Made by a program: the position numbers and the translations under genes. A DNA stretch of 63,590 nt, filler included, from Theionarchaea archaeon (GTDB lineage: Archaea; Methanobacteriota_B; Thermococci; Methanofastidiosales; SZ-28-30): the NCBI GenBank assembly GCA_018992565.1. It is 6 parts of 6 records of this genome, joined end to end, with 100 filler letters (N's around TTAATTAATTAA, not from the genome) between each part and the next. Parts side by side here need not be neighbours in the genome. Positions count along the whole stretch, not along the records: positions 1 to 31,034 come from JACVGW010000022.1; 5 more parts are not named here. One strand, given 5' to 3'. The notes under the pieces were generated by a model, which saw only the letters and a program-made list of their open reading frames with translations, did not search any database and was not told where the DNA came from. Positions 10,384-19,991 of the stretch are shown here, piece by piece. How positions within the stretch are numbered: position 1 is the first letter of the stretch; every line of letters begins with the position of its first letter.

Positions 10384-11187
10384 TCACTTTCCCTTGAAGG
10401 TGGCTTTCCTCTTTTCAAAGACAGCCTTTATTCCTTCTTTGATATCATCGGTACCGAAACAGGCAGCACATGTCTTGGCGTCATACTCCAACCCTTCCTT
10501 CAAGGTAACATCAAACACTCTGTTCAATGATTCCTTGGCATATTTCAGGGCGACTGGAGCATTGCCAGCGATCTTGGCAGCAGTCCAGTTGACTGTGGAG
10601 TCCAGTTCGTCCGGGGCCACAACCTTGTTCACCAACCCAATAGTCTCAGCTTCCTTCGCCGTTATCATAGCACCAGTGAATACCAGTTCTTTGGCTTTTC
10701 CAATGCCCACAACCTTGGGAAGTCTCTGAATGCCTCCCCAGGCAGGTATTAGCCCTATGCTGGTTTCAGGGCACCCCAGTTTTGCCTCTTCCTGGGCAAT
10801 ACGGAGGTCACAGGCCAAAGCCATTTCCAGTCCTCCACCCAGAGCAAGCCCATTGATGGCAGCAATGACAGGCTTGGGGAAATTCTCAATGTAGGTGAAT
10901 ATCTCCTGTCCTCTCTGGACAAGGGGGAGAGCAGTCTCCTCGGTCAGTTCAGAAGCAAGCTTCAAATCCGCGCCCGTGCAGAATACTTTCTGGCCCTCTG
11001 CGGTGATAACCACCACTTTTACTTCATCATCTTTTTCTATTTCTTGAAGAAGTTGGTAGAGCTCAGAAATCAACTGTTCATTCAATGCATTGTAAGCAGT
11101 AGGCCTGTTCAGCTTTATAACTCCAATGTTCTTTTCTGGGCTGAAAAAACTTCCTTCTTTGCTGTAGATCAGAGTTTCGTACGTCAT
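10384..11187 (-). CDS. crt: Enoyl-CoA hydratase (crotonase)
   Basis: LNRP..NAL, FCTGADL, ALGGGLE, PE..IGLIP.WGG. Confidence 0.92.
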   Translation of the reverse strand: MTYETLIYSKEGSFFSPEKNIGVIKLNRPTAYNALNEQLISELYQLLQEIEKDDEVKVVVITAEGQKVFCTGADLKLASELTEETALPLVQRGQEIFTYIENFPKPVIAAINGLALGGGLEMALACDLRIAQEEAKLGCPETSIGLIPAWGGIQRLPKVVGIGKAKELVFTGAMITAKEAETIGLVNKVVAPDELDSTVNWTAAKIAGNAPVALKYAKESLNRVFDVTLKEGLEYDAKTCAACFGTDDIKEGIKAVFEKRKATFKGK

Positions 11188-11197
11188 GTTATCCCTC

Positions 11198-12049
11198 CTA
11201 TTTTGCGTATTCATAAAATCCTTTTCCAGTTTTCATCCCTAAGTGTCCGTTCTTAACCAGGTCTTTCAGTGACTCAGATGGCCTGTAAAACTCACCAAAT
11301 GCATCATGCAATGTGGTGAGGGCAGCCAAAGCCACGTCCAGTCCCACATAGTCTGCAAGGGCAAATGGCCCCATAGGGAAATTTGCACCCAGCATCATGG
11401 CTTTGTCCACATCTTCCTTGGTAGCAATACCAGAATCAACCAGTTTCATGGCTTCGTTTAGTGTAGGAAGCAAAATCCGATTAACAATGAATCCAGGGGA
11501 ATCCTTTGCCCGTACTGTGGTCTTTCCCAGATTCCTGCAGAACTCTTCAGCAGCCTCATAGGTTTTCTCAGATGTCTTCTCTCCCATTACAAGCTCTACC
11601 AGTTTCATGGCAGGAACGGGATTGAAAAAATGCATTCCAATGACGCTCTCGGGTCGGCCGGTCTGGGATGCTATCTCTGTTATGCTTTTGGTAGACGTAT
11701 TTGAGGCGAGGATAGTAGATTCCGGGCAAATACTATCCAGTTCGGAGAACACTTCTTTCTTGATTTTCATATCTTCAAATACAGCTTCAATCACCAAATC
11801 TGCATCCTGTACCGCTTCCTTCATGTCTGTGGTTGCCTGAATGTTCTTGAGCATCTTTTCTCCTTCTATTGGAGAGAGTTTCCCTTTGTCAATGCCTGTC
11901 ATAACACTCTGGCGGATTTTGTTCATCCCCTGTTCTACAAAGTCCTTAGAAACATCTCTGACCTTCACACTGTATCCATTCCACGCAGAAACATAGGCGA
12001 TGCCTGATCCCATGGCACCAATTCCAATAACAGCCACTTTGTTTATCAT
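11198..12049 (-). CDS. hbd: 3-hydroxybutyryl/3-hydroxyacyl-CoA dehydrogenase
   Basis: GIGAMGSGIA, IEAVFE, ASNTS, GMHFFNP, PGFIVNR, PMGPF. Confidence 0.94.
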   Translation of the reverse strand: MINKVAVIGIGAMGSGIAYVSAWNGYSVKVRDVSKDFVEQGMNKIRQSVMTGIDKGKLSPIEGEKMLKNIQATTDMKEAVQDADLVIEAVFEDMKIKKEVFSELDSICPESTILASNTSTKSITEIASQTGRPESVIGMHFFNPVPAMKLVELVMGEKTSEKTYEAAEEFCRNLGKTTVRAKDSPGFIVNRILLPTLNEAMKLVDSGIATKEDVDKAMMLGANFPMGPFALADYVGLDVALAALTTLHDAFGEFYRPSESLKDLVKNGHLGMKTGKGFYEYAK

Positions 12050-12308
12050 GTCGATCCCTTTCTGTTGTGTCAGTAGAGTTTATAAGCTTTGCTAATGTAA
12101 AAGGAATCACTCAATTTGGCAGAATATGGTGTCATCCCAGGACTACGCTGCTGTAGATTGATTATATGAGGTCCCTTTTCCTGCGAAGTCTTTATCTCCC
12201 GATATCTTCCTGGAGATGCTACAACTATCCTCTCAATGATAGAAGGGCTGATAAGAGCACTGAAAAACGATACATCAGATCGCAGCATCCAGATTTGATC
12301 TGTGTCAC

Positions 12309-13505
12309 TCAGGGAAACCCTGCACCTGAAACCAAGCCTTCCTCTCTCCTTACCACAGAAAACGCCTCCCATACAACTGGCGGCACAAGTGCTTGTACTG
12401 AGCTCATTTTTCCAAGCTGGAAGAAAACAACAAATCCCAGATCACGAGAGGTATCAACCACCACGTGCCACAGACTCCTTCTCCTGGCGATCTCTTCCTC
12501 TGTATACTGCTCCCCTTCCCTTTCACTGCTGGGTTCTCCGGGTGCAAGAGAATTCAGCACCTGCGAGTCTGCGCCACAATACTCACATCCTTTTTCATCA
12601 AAGGTGTCTATACGTCCTGGATCAATTGCTCTGGCTATGGAAAGCCCGACCATGGCTGCTGGAGAATATTCACCAGTAAATACTTCCTCCTCCAGGCATT
12701 TTGCCACCTCTTTCAGTCTTTTCAATTCGATCTCCAGGTTCTCTCCCTTTTTCTTTTCTCGTATTCTTGTCCTGCACTCCATGAGGACGTGAAAAGCCTT
12801 CGCCAGTGACTCTTTCCATGATTCATCTGCCATCACGTGACGCTCAAGGAACTCAGATTTATCACCTTTGGCTTTCACACCCATGTACATGGCCATGCCC
12901 TCCCTCATGATGATGCGGAGGAATTCTCTCAGGTAATCCTCAGGAGTCGTGCACTCATCAATGCCAAAGTTATGACCCGACGTCTCACAGGCCATGTATC
13001 TGTATTCCTGACGGGCCATGTGAAACTGTACTTCTTTGTCTTCTTTCATGCTGTTCTCGCATCCCAGGTTTATGCCAAATCCAGTACAGTCTGCATAGCT
13101 CTCTCTCAATCCACCGGGCAACAGGTAACATCTCCCTTTAGGTTCAGTATCCTCCGGCAGGTACGAAAACACTAGCTTAGACGGTTTTTCCACCAGATAC
13201 TCCCAGCGTTGGAGGAGTTGAGTCAGCCTCTTCCTGGTTCGGACTCTCTCATGATATGAAGTTGCCCAACCCCCGAGTTCTCCAGGCTCACCTTTTCTTG
13301 CCATTCTCAAGAATCTCTTCACTGCTTCTCCGCTATTATTTCCGTCTATGTCCTTTTCTTGCCGTATGAGAAATCGCATACCTGGGGTAGATACAAATTG
13401 GTCCAGATCTTCTTCTTTCCATTGTTCTCTTTCTAAGAGGTTGAAGTATTCGTACATGCTTTTGGTGTCCACAGGTATCTTATCAACGATTTTTTCTGTC
13501 GTCAT
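12309..13505 (-). CDS. Hypothetical protein, possibly a degenerate DUF5700/gluzincin-like peptidase
   Basis: Long ORF with TATA-like element and AGAGG upstream of ATG 13505; EGMAMY motif but RQEYRY where HExxH is expected. Confidence 0.6.
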   Translation of the reverse strand: MTTEKIVDKIPVDTKSMYEYFNLLEREQWKEEDLDQFVSTPGMRFLIRQEKDIDGNNSGEAVKRFLRMARKGEPGELGGWATSYHERVRTRKRLTQLLQRWEYLVEKPSKLVFSYLPEDTEPKGRCYLLPGGLRESYADCTGFGINLGCENSMKEDKEVQFHMARQEYRYMACETSGHNFGIDECTTPEDYLREFLRIIMREGMAMYMGVKAKGDKSEFLERHVMADESWKESLAKAFHVLMECRTRIREKKKGENLEIELKRLKEVAKCLEEEVFTGEYSPAAMVGLSIARAIDPGRIDTFDEKGCEYCGADSQVLNSLAPGEPSSEREGEQYTEEEIARRRSLWHVVVDTSRDLGFVVFFQLGKMSSVQALVPPVVWEAFSVVRREEGLVSGAGFP

Positions 13506-13632
13506 TAAAGCCTGCCTCTTGGCTTCGCTTATAAGGTTTTTCTTTTTATATTTGGCTTTTTTAGCATTTTTATTTCCAAAAAATAGTGTCAAAGGAAATC
13601 GAGATTCTTCAGCAATTCTTCCAGGAATCCTG

Positions 13633-14310
13633 CTAGGGGAGAACTTCGACACAGCAAAAGACGCTGGACTCATCAACCTCTTCAGTTGTCACGCGGGTCC
13701 TTTCGCTGGAGAAAAGCTTTGCAAACTGAGATTCCGTTACAGAGGTCAGATGTAATCCGTCCTTGCATACAATAACCCCATTCCCTGTTCGTGATTCATC
13801 AATCTCCCCAACGAGGCCATGGTCAGCCTGCAGGTGAAACCACTCCAGCCGGTGGTCCCAGAATCGTGGGGAATAACTGCTGTAGAGGAGTAGCCCACCA
13901 GGACAGGTGACTCTCAGTGACTCTCTCACAAGCAGGGTGCTCTCAACTCCGAAAGCTGATATCCCGTTTTGCACACATAAGACTGCGTCAAATGTATCAC
14001 GCCGGAATCCTAATCGGGAGGCATCCATAGCCAGCATATGGCAGTTATCCTCTTCTGATAGGTAGGGTTGTCCATACTTCAATGAGTGGAGGGATGTGTC
14101 AATGCCCACCATGGTATCTACGTGATGACTCACAGGTTTCATCACCCGCCCGTATCCGCATCCCAGTTCCAGAACAAGATGACATCCTCTAACGTGTTCA
14201 GTAGTATGCTGGATTTCAGCAGTCAGGTACTGCTTCACTCTGGGGGGTGCGATATCATAGCATTCTTTGAGAGCCTTTCCATACAGGGAGTGTGAGTAGT
14301 AACCTGTCAT
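13633..14310 (-). CDS. Class I SAM-dependent methyltransferase
   Basis: VLELGCGYGR motif I, VGID, MDA, FDAV, PGG. Confidence 0.9.
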   Translation of the reverse strand: MTGYYSHSLYGKALKECYDIAPPRVKQYLTAEIQHTTEHVRGCHLVLELGCGYGRVMKPVSHHVDTMVGIDTSLHSLKYGQPYLSEEDNCHMLAMDASRLGFRRDTFDAVLCVQNGISAFGVESTLLVRESLRVTCPGGLLLYSSYSPRFWDHRLEWFHLQADHGLVGEIDESRTGNGVIVCKDGLHLTSVTESQFAKLFSSERTRVTTEEVDESSVFCCVEVLP

Positions 14311-14736
14311 TCGAGAGCTTGGTAGATTCCATCTCTTTTAAGATTTGCTCTGGGGTGGAGTCTTGAGCGACATCCCATGCTGAGCTTACCAAAAAAGATG
14401 AGTAGAGGGAATAAGAGAATGAAGGAGAGAGAATGAGACTGCTGTCCGGCACCTACCACTGCAGGGTTCTCAATCGAATCCATATACTCCTCTAGCCACA
14501 GATTCCTCAGAATGTGGTCTCTTATGAAGAGACGCACTAAAATCTTTTTCAAGGGAGACCTGCACCAATCCTGCGAGAAATTGTCTGATTTACGGTGGAT
14601 AATTTACGTGTGATGAAAGGGACGTGCTGTTCCTAGAAGGTTCCCATGTGACTCGAAGAAGATGCTGCAACCCGCGTTTCCCACCTTGAGAAAGGAAAAC
14701 CCAAAAGTTTTTATCCCTCTCAACCGTGATACTACC

Positions 14737-16179
14737 ATGGATTTAACTACTTTGGAGAACGTTACTGATTATGAGTGGGAACTCCCTCAACAGGGTGACA
14801 TGCGGGTTCCAGGTAAGATTTTTGGAAACAGAAAGATTATCGATCATTTGGTGGATGATGTGAAGAAGGGAAAAGAGTGGAATGCACTGGCCCAGGTAGC
14901 CAACGTTGCCTGTCTGCCAGGTATCCAGAAAGCATCTATCGCCTTGAGCGATGTCCACCCGGGGTACGGGTTTCCCATTGGTGGAGTAGCTGCCTTTGAC
15001 CCTGAAGAAGACGGTATTATCTGCATGGGGGGTATTGGATTTGACATTAATTGTGGTGTGGTCACTATCAAGACTGATCTTGAGAGACAGGACATAGAAA
15101 AGAATCCAAAGGAATTAATGGATGTCTTATTCAGAACAGTCCCTGCAGGACTGGGCTCAACAGGTGAAATTCGCCTGGCCACCAAGCAACTGGATGAAGT
15201 GCTCACGGGTGGAGCACAGTGGGCAGTTGAAAAAGGATATGGAAGAGAAGAGGATTTGGAATATATTGAAGAGAAAGGGAAAATGCCTGATGCTAACCCG
15301 GATGCGGTCTCTCCTAAAGCCAAGGAGCGGCAGTTTAAGCAAGTGGGTACTCTCGGGTCTGGAAATCACTATCTGGAAGTGCAGTACGTGGCAGAGGTCT
15401 ATGACGAAGAAGCAGCTAAGGTGTACGGTCTCAGGAAAAATGGAGTGGTGGTCAGCATCCACACGGGATCCAGGGCTCTGGGGCACCAGATTGGAACAGA
15501 TTACCTGCAGGACCTGGCCAGGACTACCAAAAAATACAACATCAAGATAAGAGATAAAGACCTGGTCTGCGCGCCCATTTCATCTCCTGAAGGGAGAAGG
15601 TATTATTCTGCTGTGTGTGCAGGGATCAACTGCGCCTTTGCCAATAGAGAGGTCATTACCCATCTTGTGAGAGAGGCATTTCACAGTGTATTCCCTAATA
15701 CGACACTGGATTTGCTGTATCACATTGGACACAATACGTGTAAGAAAGAAGAGCATGATGGAAAAGAGGTATATGTCCACAGGAAGGGGTCTACCCGTAA
15801 CTTTGGACCGGGGAGAAAGGAAGTTCCTGCAGCATACAAGGAGATTGGACAGCCCGTTCTGGTAGGAGGGACAATGGGCACCTGTTCGTATGTGCTGCAC
15901 GGTACGAAAGCTGCTATGGAGCGGAGCTTTGGGTCTGCCATTCATGGGGCAGGGAGGGAGATGAGCCGTAACCAGGCCAAGAAGGTCTACTGGGGTAGTA
16001 ATGTGGTAAAAGACCTGGAGAGAAAAGGCGTTCATGTTAAGGGACATTCTATGGCAGGCATAGCAGAGGAAGCGCCAGGTGCATACAAGGATATCGTCAA
16101 TGTGGTGGACTGCATGCACAATGCAGGGATTTCAAGGAAAGTAGTCATGTTGAAACCACTGATTAATATCAAAGGGTAA
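14737..16179 (+). CDS. rtcB: tRNA-splicing ligase RtcB
   Basis: DVHPGYGFPIGG, GFDINCG, GTLGSGNHYLE, HTGSR, HRKG, HGAGR, EEAPGAYK; no intein. Confidence 0.97.
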   Translation: MDLTTLENVTDYEWELPQQGDMRVPGKIFGNRKIIDHLVDDVKKGKEWNALAQVANVACLPGIQKASIALSDVHPGYGFPIGGVAAFDPEEDGIICMGGIGFDINCGVVTIKTDLERQDIEKNPKELMDVLFRTVPAGLGSTGEIRLATKQLDEVLTGGAQWAVEKGYGREEDLEYIEEKGKMPDANPDAVSPKAKERQFKQVGTLGSGNHYLEVQYVAEVYDEEAAKVYGLRKNGVVVSIHTGSRALGHQIGTDYLQDLARTTKKYNIKIRDKDLVCAPISSPEGRRYYSAVCAGINCAFANREVITHLVREAFHSVFPNTTLDLLYHIGHNTCKKEEHDGKEVYVHRKGSTRNFGPGRKEVPAAYKEIGQPVLVGGTMGTCSYVLHGTKAAMERSFGSAIHGAGREMSRNQAKKVYWGSNVVKDLERKGVHVKGHSMAGIAEEAPGAYKDIVNVVDCMHNAGISRKVVMLKPLINIKG

Positions 16180-16414
16180 TCCTCTTTTCATGGTTAGTGC
16201 TGTAGGATAAGCATGTGTTATGTCAAAGGACAGTGACTGGTGGCTGATGAGAAACATCTATTTCTGACAATATTGATGCGAAAAAGGAACGTTCTACCAG
16301 AAAGGAACCTAAACCCTTCTCACAGGAGAGGGATCAATAGTATGAAAATCTTCTCAGGGATTTTGAAGTGACTAACACAGAAATACATAAATAGACATGC
16401 TGTAATACAAGGGC

Positions 16415-17164
16415 ATGATTGCCATAATTGGAGGTTCAGGAGTCTATGATCCTCACATGCTCCAGAATGTCCGGGATATTTCTGTAGACACAGAGTTTGG
16501 GACCATCGCCCTCAAGTCAGGAAACCATCAGGGAAAATCAGTGTATTTTCTGGCCAGGCATGGAAGCACGCACTCTGTGCCCCCCCATCTCGTGAACTAC
16601 AGGGGTAACATCAGAGCACTACAACAACTCAAGGTGGAACGCATCATATCCACATCAGCTGTGGGTTCTCTGCGGAAGGAAATGAACCCCGGGGATCTTG
16701 TTCTCCTGGACCAGTTCATAGATTTCACCAAGAACAGGCATTACACCTTTTTTGATGACAAGGTCGTTCACACAGATGTCACCAACCCGTACTGCTCTCA
16801 ATTGAGAGCCATCATCTGCCAGGCAGCCAAGGACATAGATATACCTCTCCATCCTGGTGGTACCTACATCTGCACTGAAGGACCGCGATTTGAAACCCCT
16901 GCAGAGATCAACATGTTCTCTTTGATGGGTGGACATGTTGTAGGAATGACCAACGTACCTGAAGTAGTGCTGGCCAGAGAAACCAAGATATGCTACGCTT
17001 CTATCGCGGCTGTCACCAATTATGCAGCAGGTATCTCACCCACCAGGATTACCCATCAGGAAGTCATTGACATCATGGACAAAAACAGCGAAATGATTAA
17101 AAAGTTGATAGCCAAAATCATAGAGATGATACCTCAGACTAAAACTTGCGAATGTGGTGATTGA
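16415..17164 (+). CDS. mtnP: S-methyl-5'-thioadenosine/thioinosine phosphorylase
   Basis: IIGGSG, RHG..H..PP..VNYR.NI, EGPRFETPAE, VGMT..PE. Confidence 0.92.
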   Translation: MIAIIGGSGVYDPHMLQNVRDISVDTEFGTIALKSGNHQGKSVYFLARHGSTHSVPPHLVNYRGNIRALQQLKVERIISTSAVGSLRKEMNPGDLVLLDQFIDFTKNRHYTFFDDKVVHTDVTNPYCSQLRAIICQAAKDIDIPLHPGGTYICTEGPRFETPAEINMFSLMGGHVVGMTNVPEVVLARETKICYASIAAVTNYAAGISPTRITHQEVIDIMDKNSEMIKKLIAKIIEMIPQTKTCECGD

Positions 17165-17891
17165 ATTGAAAATCTCGGAAATTCTATCAAAATCTGTAGA
17201 TATTATTACCGGCCAGCCCGAAATTCTGCTTCCTTACCTCGTTCCCATTGTAGTATCACTGGCAGCTTCATGGGGAGGGATAACCAACATGCTGGGCTGG
17301 GGGGTGGGGCGCTTCTATCCTCTGGGAAGGACACCTCTCAGATATTTCTGGTATCTGGTAACCTCTCTGCGTAATGTGGGTGTCGGTAACCTGGCAGCAT
17401 GGATTGCGGTGTTGATCCTCCTGGCTATCTGCGTTGCCCTGACCATTGTCATGAGTGATGCTCGTCTATCGGGGAGAGCAGTACGAGTTGGAGAAGCGTT
17501 CGATGCTACCATCAAGGCGCTCCCCATGTTCATAGTGGCATTTCTTGTCTCCTGGCTGCTGAAATTCTGTGGATTGTTCGTGTTCTGGGTGGGGTTGTTC
17601 ATTCCTGCGGTGCTCTTGATTTTCGTGGGACAGGTAATGCTCCTGGAGAAGAAAGACATCTTCGACAGCTTCAGCAGAAGTTATGATATTGCACGGGCGA
17701 ACTGGGTGGAAATCTTGTTGTTGCTGTTTGTATTCCTGATTATCCTGGTGCTGGTGAGGACAGTTCCCCTGGTGGGAATTGTAGTGGCCTTTTTCCTCAT
17801 GGGATACAGCACGGTGGTCTTTACAGTCATGTATCGGGATAGAGGCAGGGGAGAGCCTGCTGGAAAGAGGACTCGCCCAGAAAGTCAGTAA
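17154..17891 (+). CDS. Multi-pass membrane protein
   Basis: About 6 hydrophobic segments; overlaps the mtnP stop. Confidence 0.75.
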   Translation: MVIELKISEILSKSVDIITGQPEILLPYLVPIVVSLAASWGGITNMLGWGVGRFYPLGRTPLRYFWYLVTSLRNVGVGNLAAWIAVLILLAICVALTIVMSDARLSGRAVRVGEAFDATIKALPMFIVAFLVSWLLKFCGLFVFWVGLFIPAVLLIFVGQVMLLEKKDIFDSFSRSYDIARANWVEILLLLFVFLIILVLVRTVPLVGIVVAFFLMGYSTVVFTVMYRDRGRGEPAGKRTRPESQ

Positions 17892-17954
17892 CGACCGGTT
17901 ATCAACCAATCTGAAATAGCATCACCAGAGCCACTTGAGCATTAGAAATTCAGG

Positions 17955-18557
17955 TTACTCTACAGTGAGGTAGAAGTATATCTCTTCCCCCGTATCCACA
18001 GTGACACTGACCCTGCACGTTCCCACTTCTGTCAGGAAGACAGAATAGTATATTGTCTCTTTTTCCTCTTTCTTGACCAGAACTGTCCCTTCACTGCTCT
18101 GTTCACCAGCAATAACCACATAGGCATACTGATGATCCTGCAAGAGATGATTTACCACGACAAATGAGAAATTGATCTTCCCAGCAGCTACCTTTTTTGG
18201 AAACTTGCCCATGAGTATCTGGCTCCTGTCCTTTGCCACATCAGAGACGTTCCAGAATTCTCCATTGACAACAACTGTGTCTCCAGGCAAAAATGTCTCC
18301 TCTTCCGAAATACTCTGGTTTCCATCAAGGTCAATCCAGATTATGTCACCAACCTGTATCGTAACCCCCAGAAAAGTTCCTTCTCCATCCACGAGATCTA
18401 ACCGCTCAAAATAGAAGTACAATTCAGTAAACTCTTCCTCAGTAGGTTTATTCTTGATAAGGATTGCACCAGTAAGAATGATGCCCACAATGCAGGCCAG
18501 GATTATTCCATAATACAGGGTATCCTCTTGGTCATTCATCCACTCACTTTTCTGCAT
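17955..18557 (-). CDS. DUF1616-like membrane-anchored protein
   Basis: N-terminal TM helix, EEFTELYF motif, VVNH...Y.Y beta domain. Confidence 0.6.
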   Translation of the reverse strand: MQKSEWMNDQEDTLYYGIILACIVGIILTGAILIKNKPTEEEFTELYFYFERLDLVDGEGTFLGVTIQVGDIIWIDLDGNQSISEEETFLPGDTVVVNGEFWNVSDVAKDRSQILMGKFPKKVAAGKINFSFVVVNHLLQDHQYAYVVIAGEQSSEGTVLVKKEEKETIYYSVFLTEVGTCRVSVTVDTGEEIYFYLTVE

Positions 18558-18643
18558 GAGCTTATATACGTTCCTCTTTGACGCAAGTGAACTACACAGA
18601 TCAGTTTATATAATCTGACGCTACTTTATAGTGAGGTGATATT

Positions 18644-18892
18644 ATGAAAAAGGTGTTGGCTGCTTCCCTGGTAGCAGGAGTGGTTATAACACTAGTGACG
18701 GGGTTCATCAATACGACACCTTCTGGATTGCTGGGGGCAACCTGGTATGGGTGGCCCTTCGCATGGAGAATTGTGCCTGTAGTCTTGAATCCTGTAGCCA
18801 ACTATGATATCCCAAAGCTTGTTGCTGATATCGTGGTATGGTTCGTAGTTGCACTGGTGATCTTGATTATCATTCAGAAGTTCAGGAAGTGA
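18644..18892 (+). CDS. Small membrane protein
   Basis: GAGGTGA RBS, TATA upstream, two TM helices around YGWPFAW. Confidence 0.8.
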   Translation: MKKVLAASLVAGVVITLVTGFINTTPSGLLGATWYGWPFAWRIVPVVLNPVANYDIPKLVADIVVWFVVALVILIIIQKFRK

Positions 18893-19039
18893 TTATTCAT
18901 TATTCCTTTTCTCAACTTCATGATGATCGACCGGTATCTTCATAAGAAGAGACACTAGGTCCATGGTTCAAGGTGAGGCTCTGATCCTTCAGGGAGAGGA
19001 CTCGATCTGAAATTGGTCTCAGCAGGAGCTTAATTCAGG

Positions 19040-19990
19040 TCACTCTAACAGGGTTTTGAGGTCTATCTGACGGGCAATCATTTTCCTGATGAGTTCAATC
19101 TTCTGGTGATCATCAGGTCGTAGTTCTGGTCTGATCTCTTCAATTTCTTTGGCTGCAGCATAAGTATGTCCTTTTACCAGCAGTATTGGAATCTTTAGTT
19201 CCACAGCTTTCTTTATCACAGGAGGTGAAGGTCTGACGCCTCCTGTAGCCACAATGCAACTAGTTGAGGTTTCCATGGCTGCTAGCATGATCTCTGCCCT
19301 GTCTCCCCCTGTCACCACCACCTTGTCAGCGAACCGGCGGAAGTATGTGAGTGCAGCATCAAAGGTCATGGCACCCACCAGTACTGTATCAATTCCCTTA
19401 TCCATTCCTTCCTCGCAGATTACTTCAGCATTGAGATGTTCCTGTACATCTCGGGAAGTAATCATCCGCAGAACCTTATACGAGGGAATGTGCCCCAGGA
19501 CAGGGAACCCCACCTTCTCCAGGGAAGGTATGACAAAGGACGTCATCTCATTCAAATCTGAATACCCTACCTTGTTGATGATCACCCCTTTTATACTGGA
19601 GAAACAGCCTTTCCCCATAACCAATTTGTCTACTATAGTCTCTATGGAGCCTGCAGTGATTATGACGGGCTCTACCTCAAGAGCTCTGGCAATCTCACTG
19701 GGGGATAACCCTTTATACGCTCCGTAAGAGAGGTTTGGACCACTTTCCACAATCATTAGATCCGTATTCTCCGAAAGTGCAGAAAATCGAGATCTAAAAT
19801 CTCCATCCCCCAGGGATAGCTCTGACTCCTCCTGTTCAAGGTTTAAGACCTTCTTGAACAGTCTGCAGTCTGCATCTGTGGTGAGAGGTTTGAAATAACT
19901 CACCTTCCCAGGAAAATTCAGTGCAGCACATAATCCCACAGTGCTCTTCCCCGCATATGAACTGGTTGACGTAATGAACAGCGTCTTCAT
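19040..19990 (-). CDS. Phosphotransacetylase N-terminal-like (BioD-like/DRTGG) protein
   Basis: ST.SYAGKS, YFKP, VGAM, VTGGDR, TGG; downstream of the acetate-CoA ligase. Confidence 0.88.
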   Translation of the reverse strand: MKTLFITSTSSYAGKSTVGLCAALNFPGKVSYFKPLTTDADCRLFKKVLNLEQEESELSLGDGDFRSRFSALSENTDLMIVESGPNLSYGAYKGLSPSEIARALEVEPVIITAGSIETIVDKLVMGKGCFSSIKGVIINKVGYSDLNEMTSFVIPSLEKVGFPVLGHIPSYKVLRMITSRDVQEHLNAEVICEEGMDKGIDTVLVGAMTFDAALTYFRRFADKVVVTGGDRAEIMLAAMETSTSCIVATGGVRPSPPVIKKAVELKIPILLVKGHTYAAAKEIEEIRPELRPDDHQKIELIRKMIARQIDLKTLLE

Positions 19991-19991
19991 G

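Noticed and set aside
14307..14552. Short ORF with GAGGAG RBS and AVVGAG, like a Rossmann start
   Set aside because: The similarity ends after about 13 residues. At most a remnant; it cannot be supported as a gene.
14737..16179. Intein in RtcB
   Set aside because: Length (480 aa) and motif spacing are normal.
16244..16301. Box C/D sRNA-like motifs (CTGATGA...CTGA...TTGATGC...CAGA)
   Set aside because: The C' and D boxes are degenerate and no antisense target was recognised. A similar weak case at 18920-18984 was also dropped.
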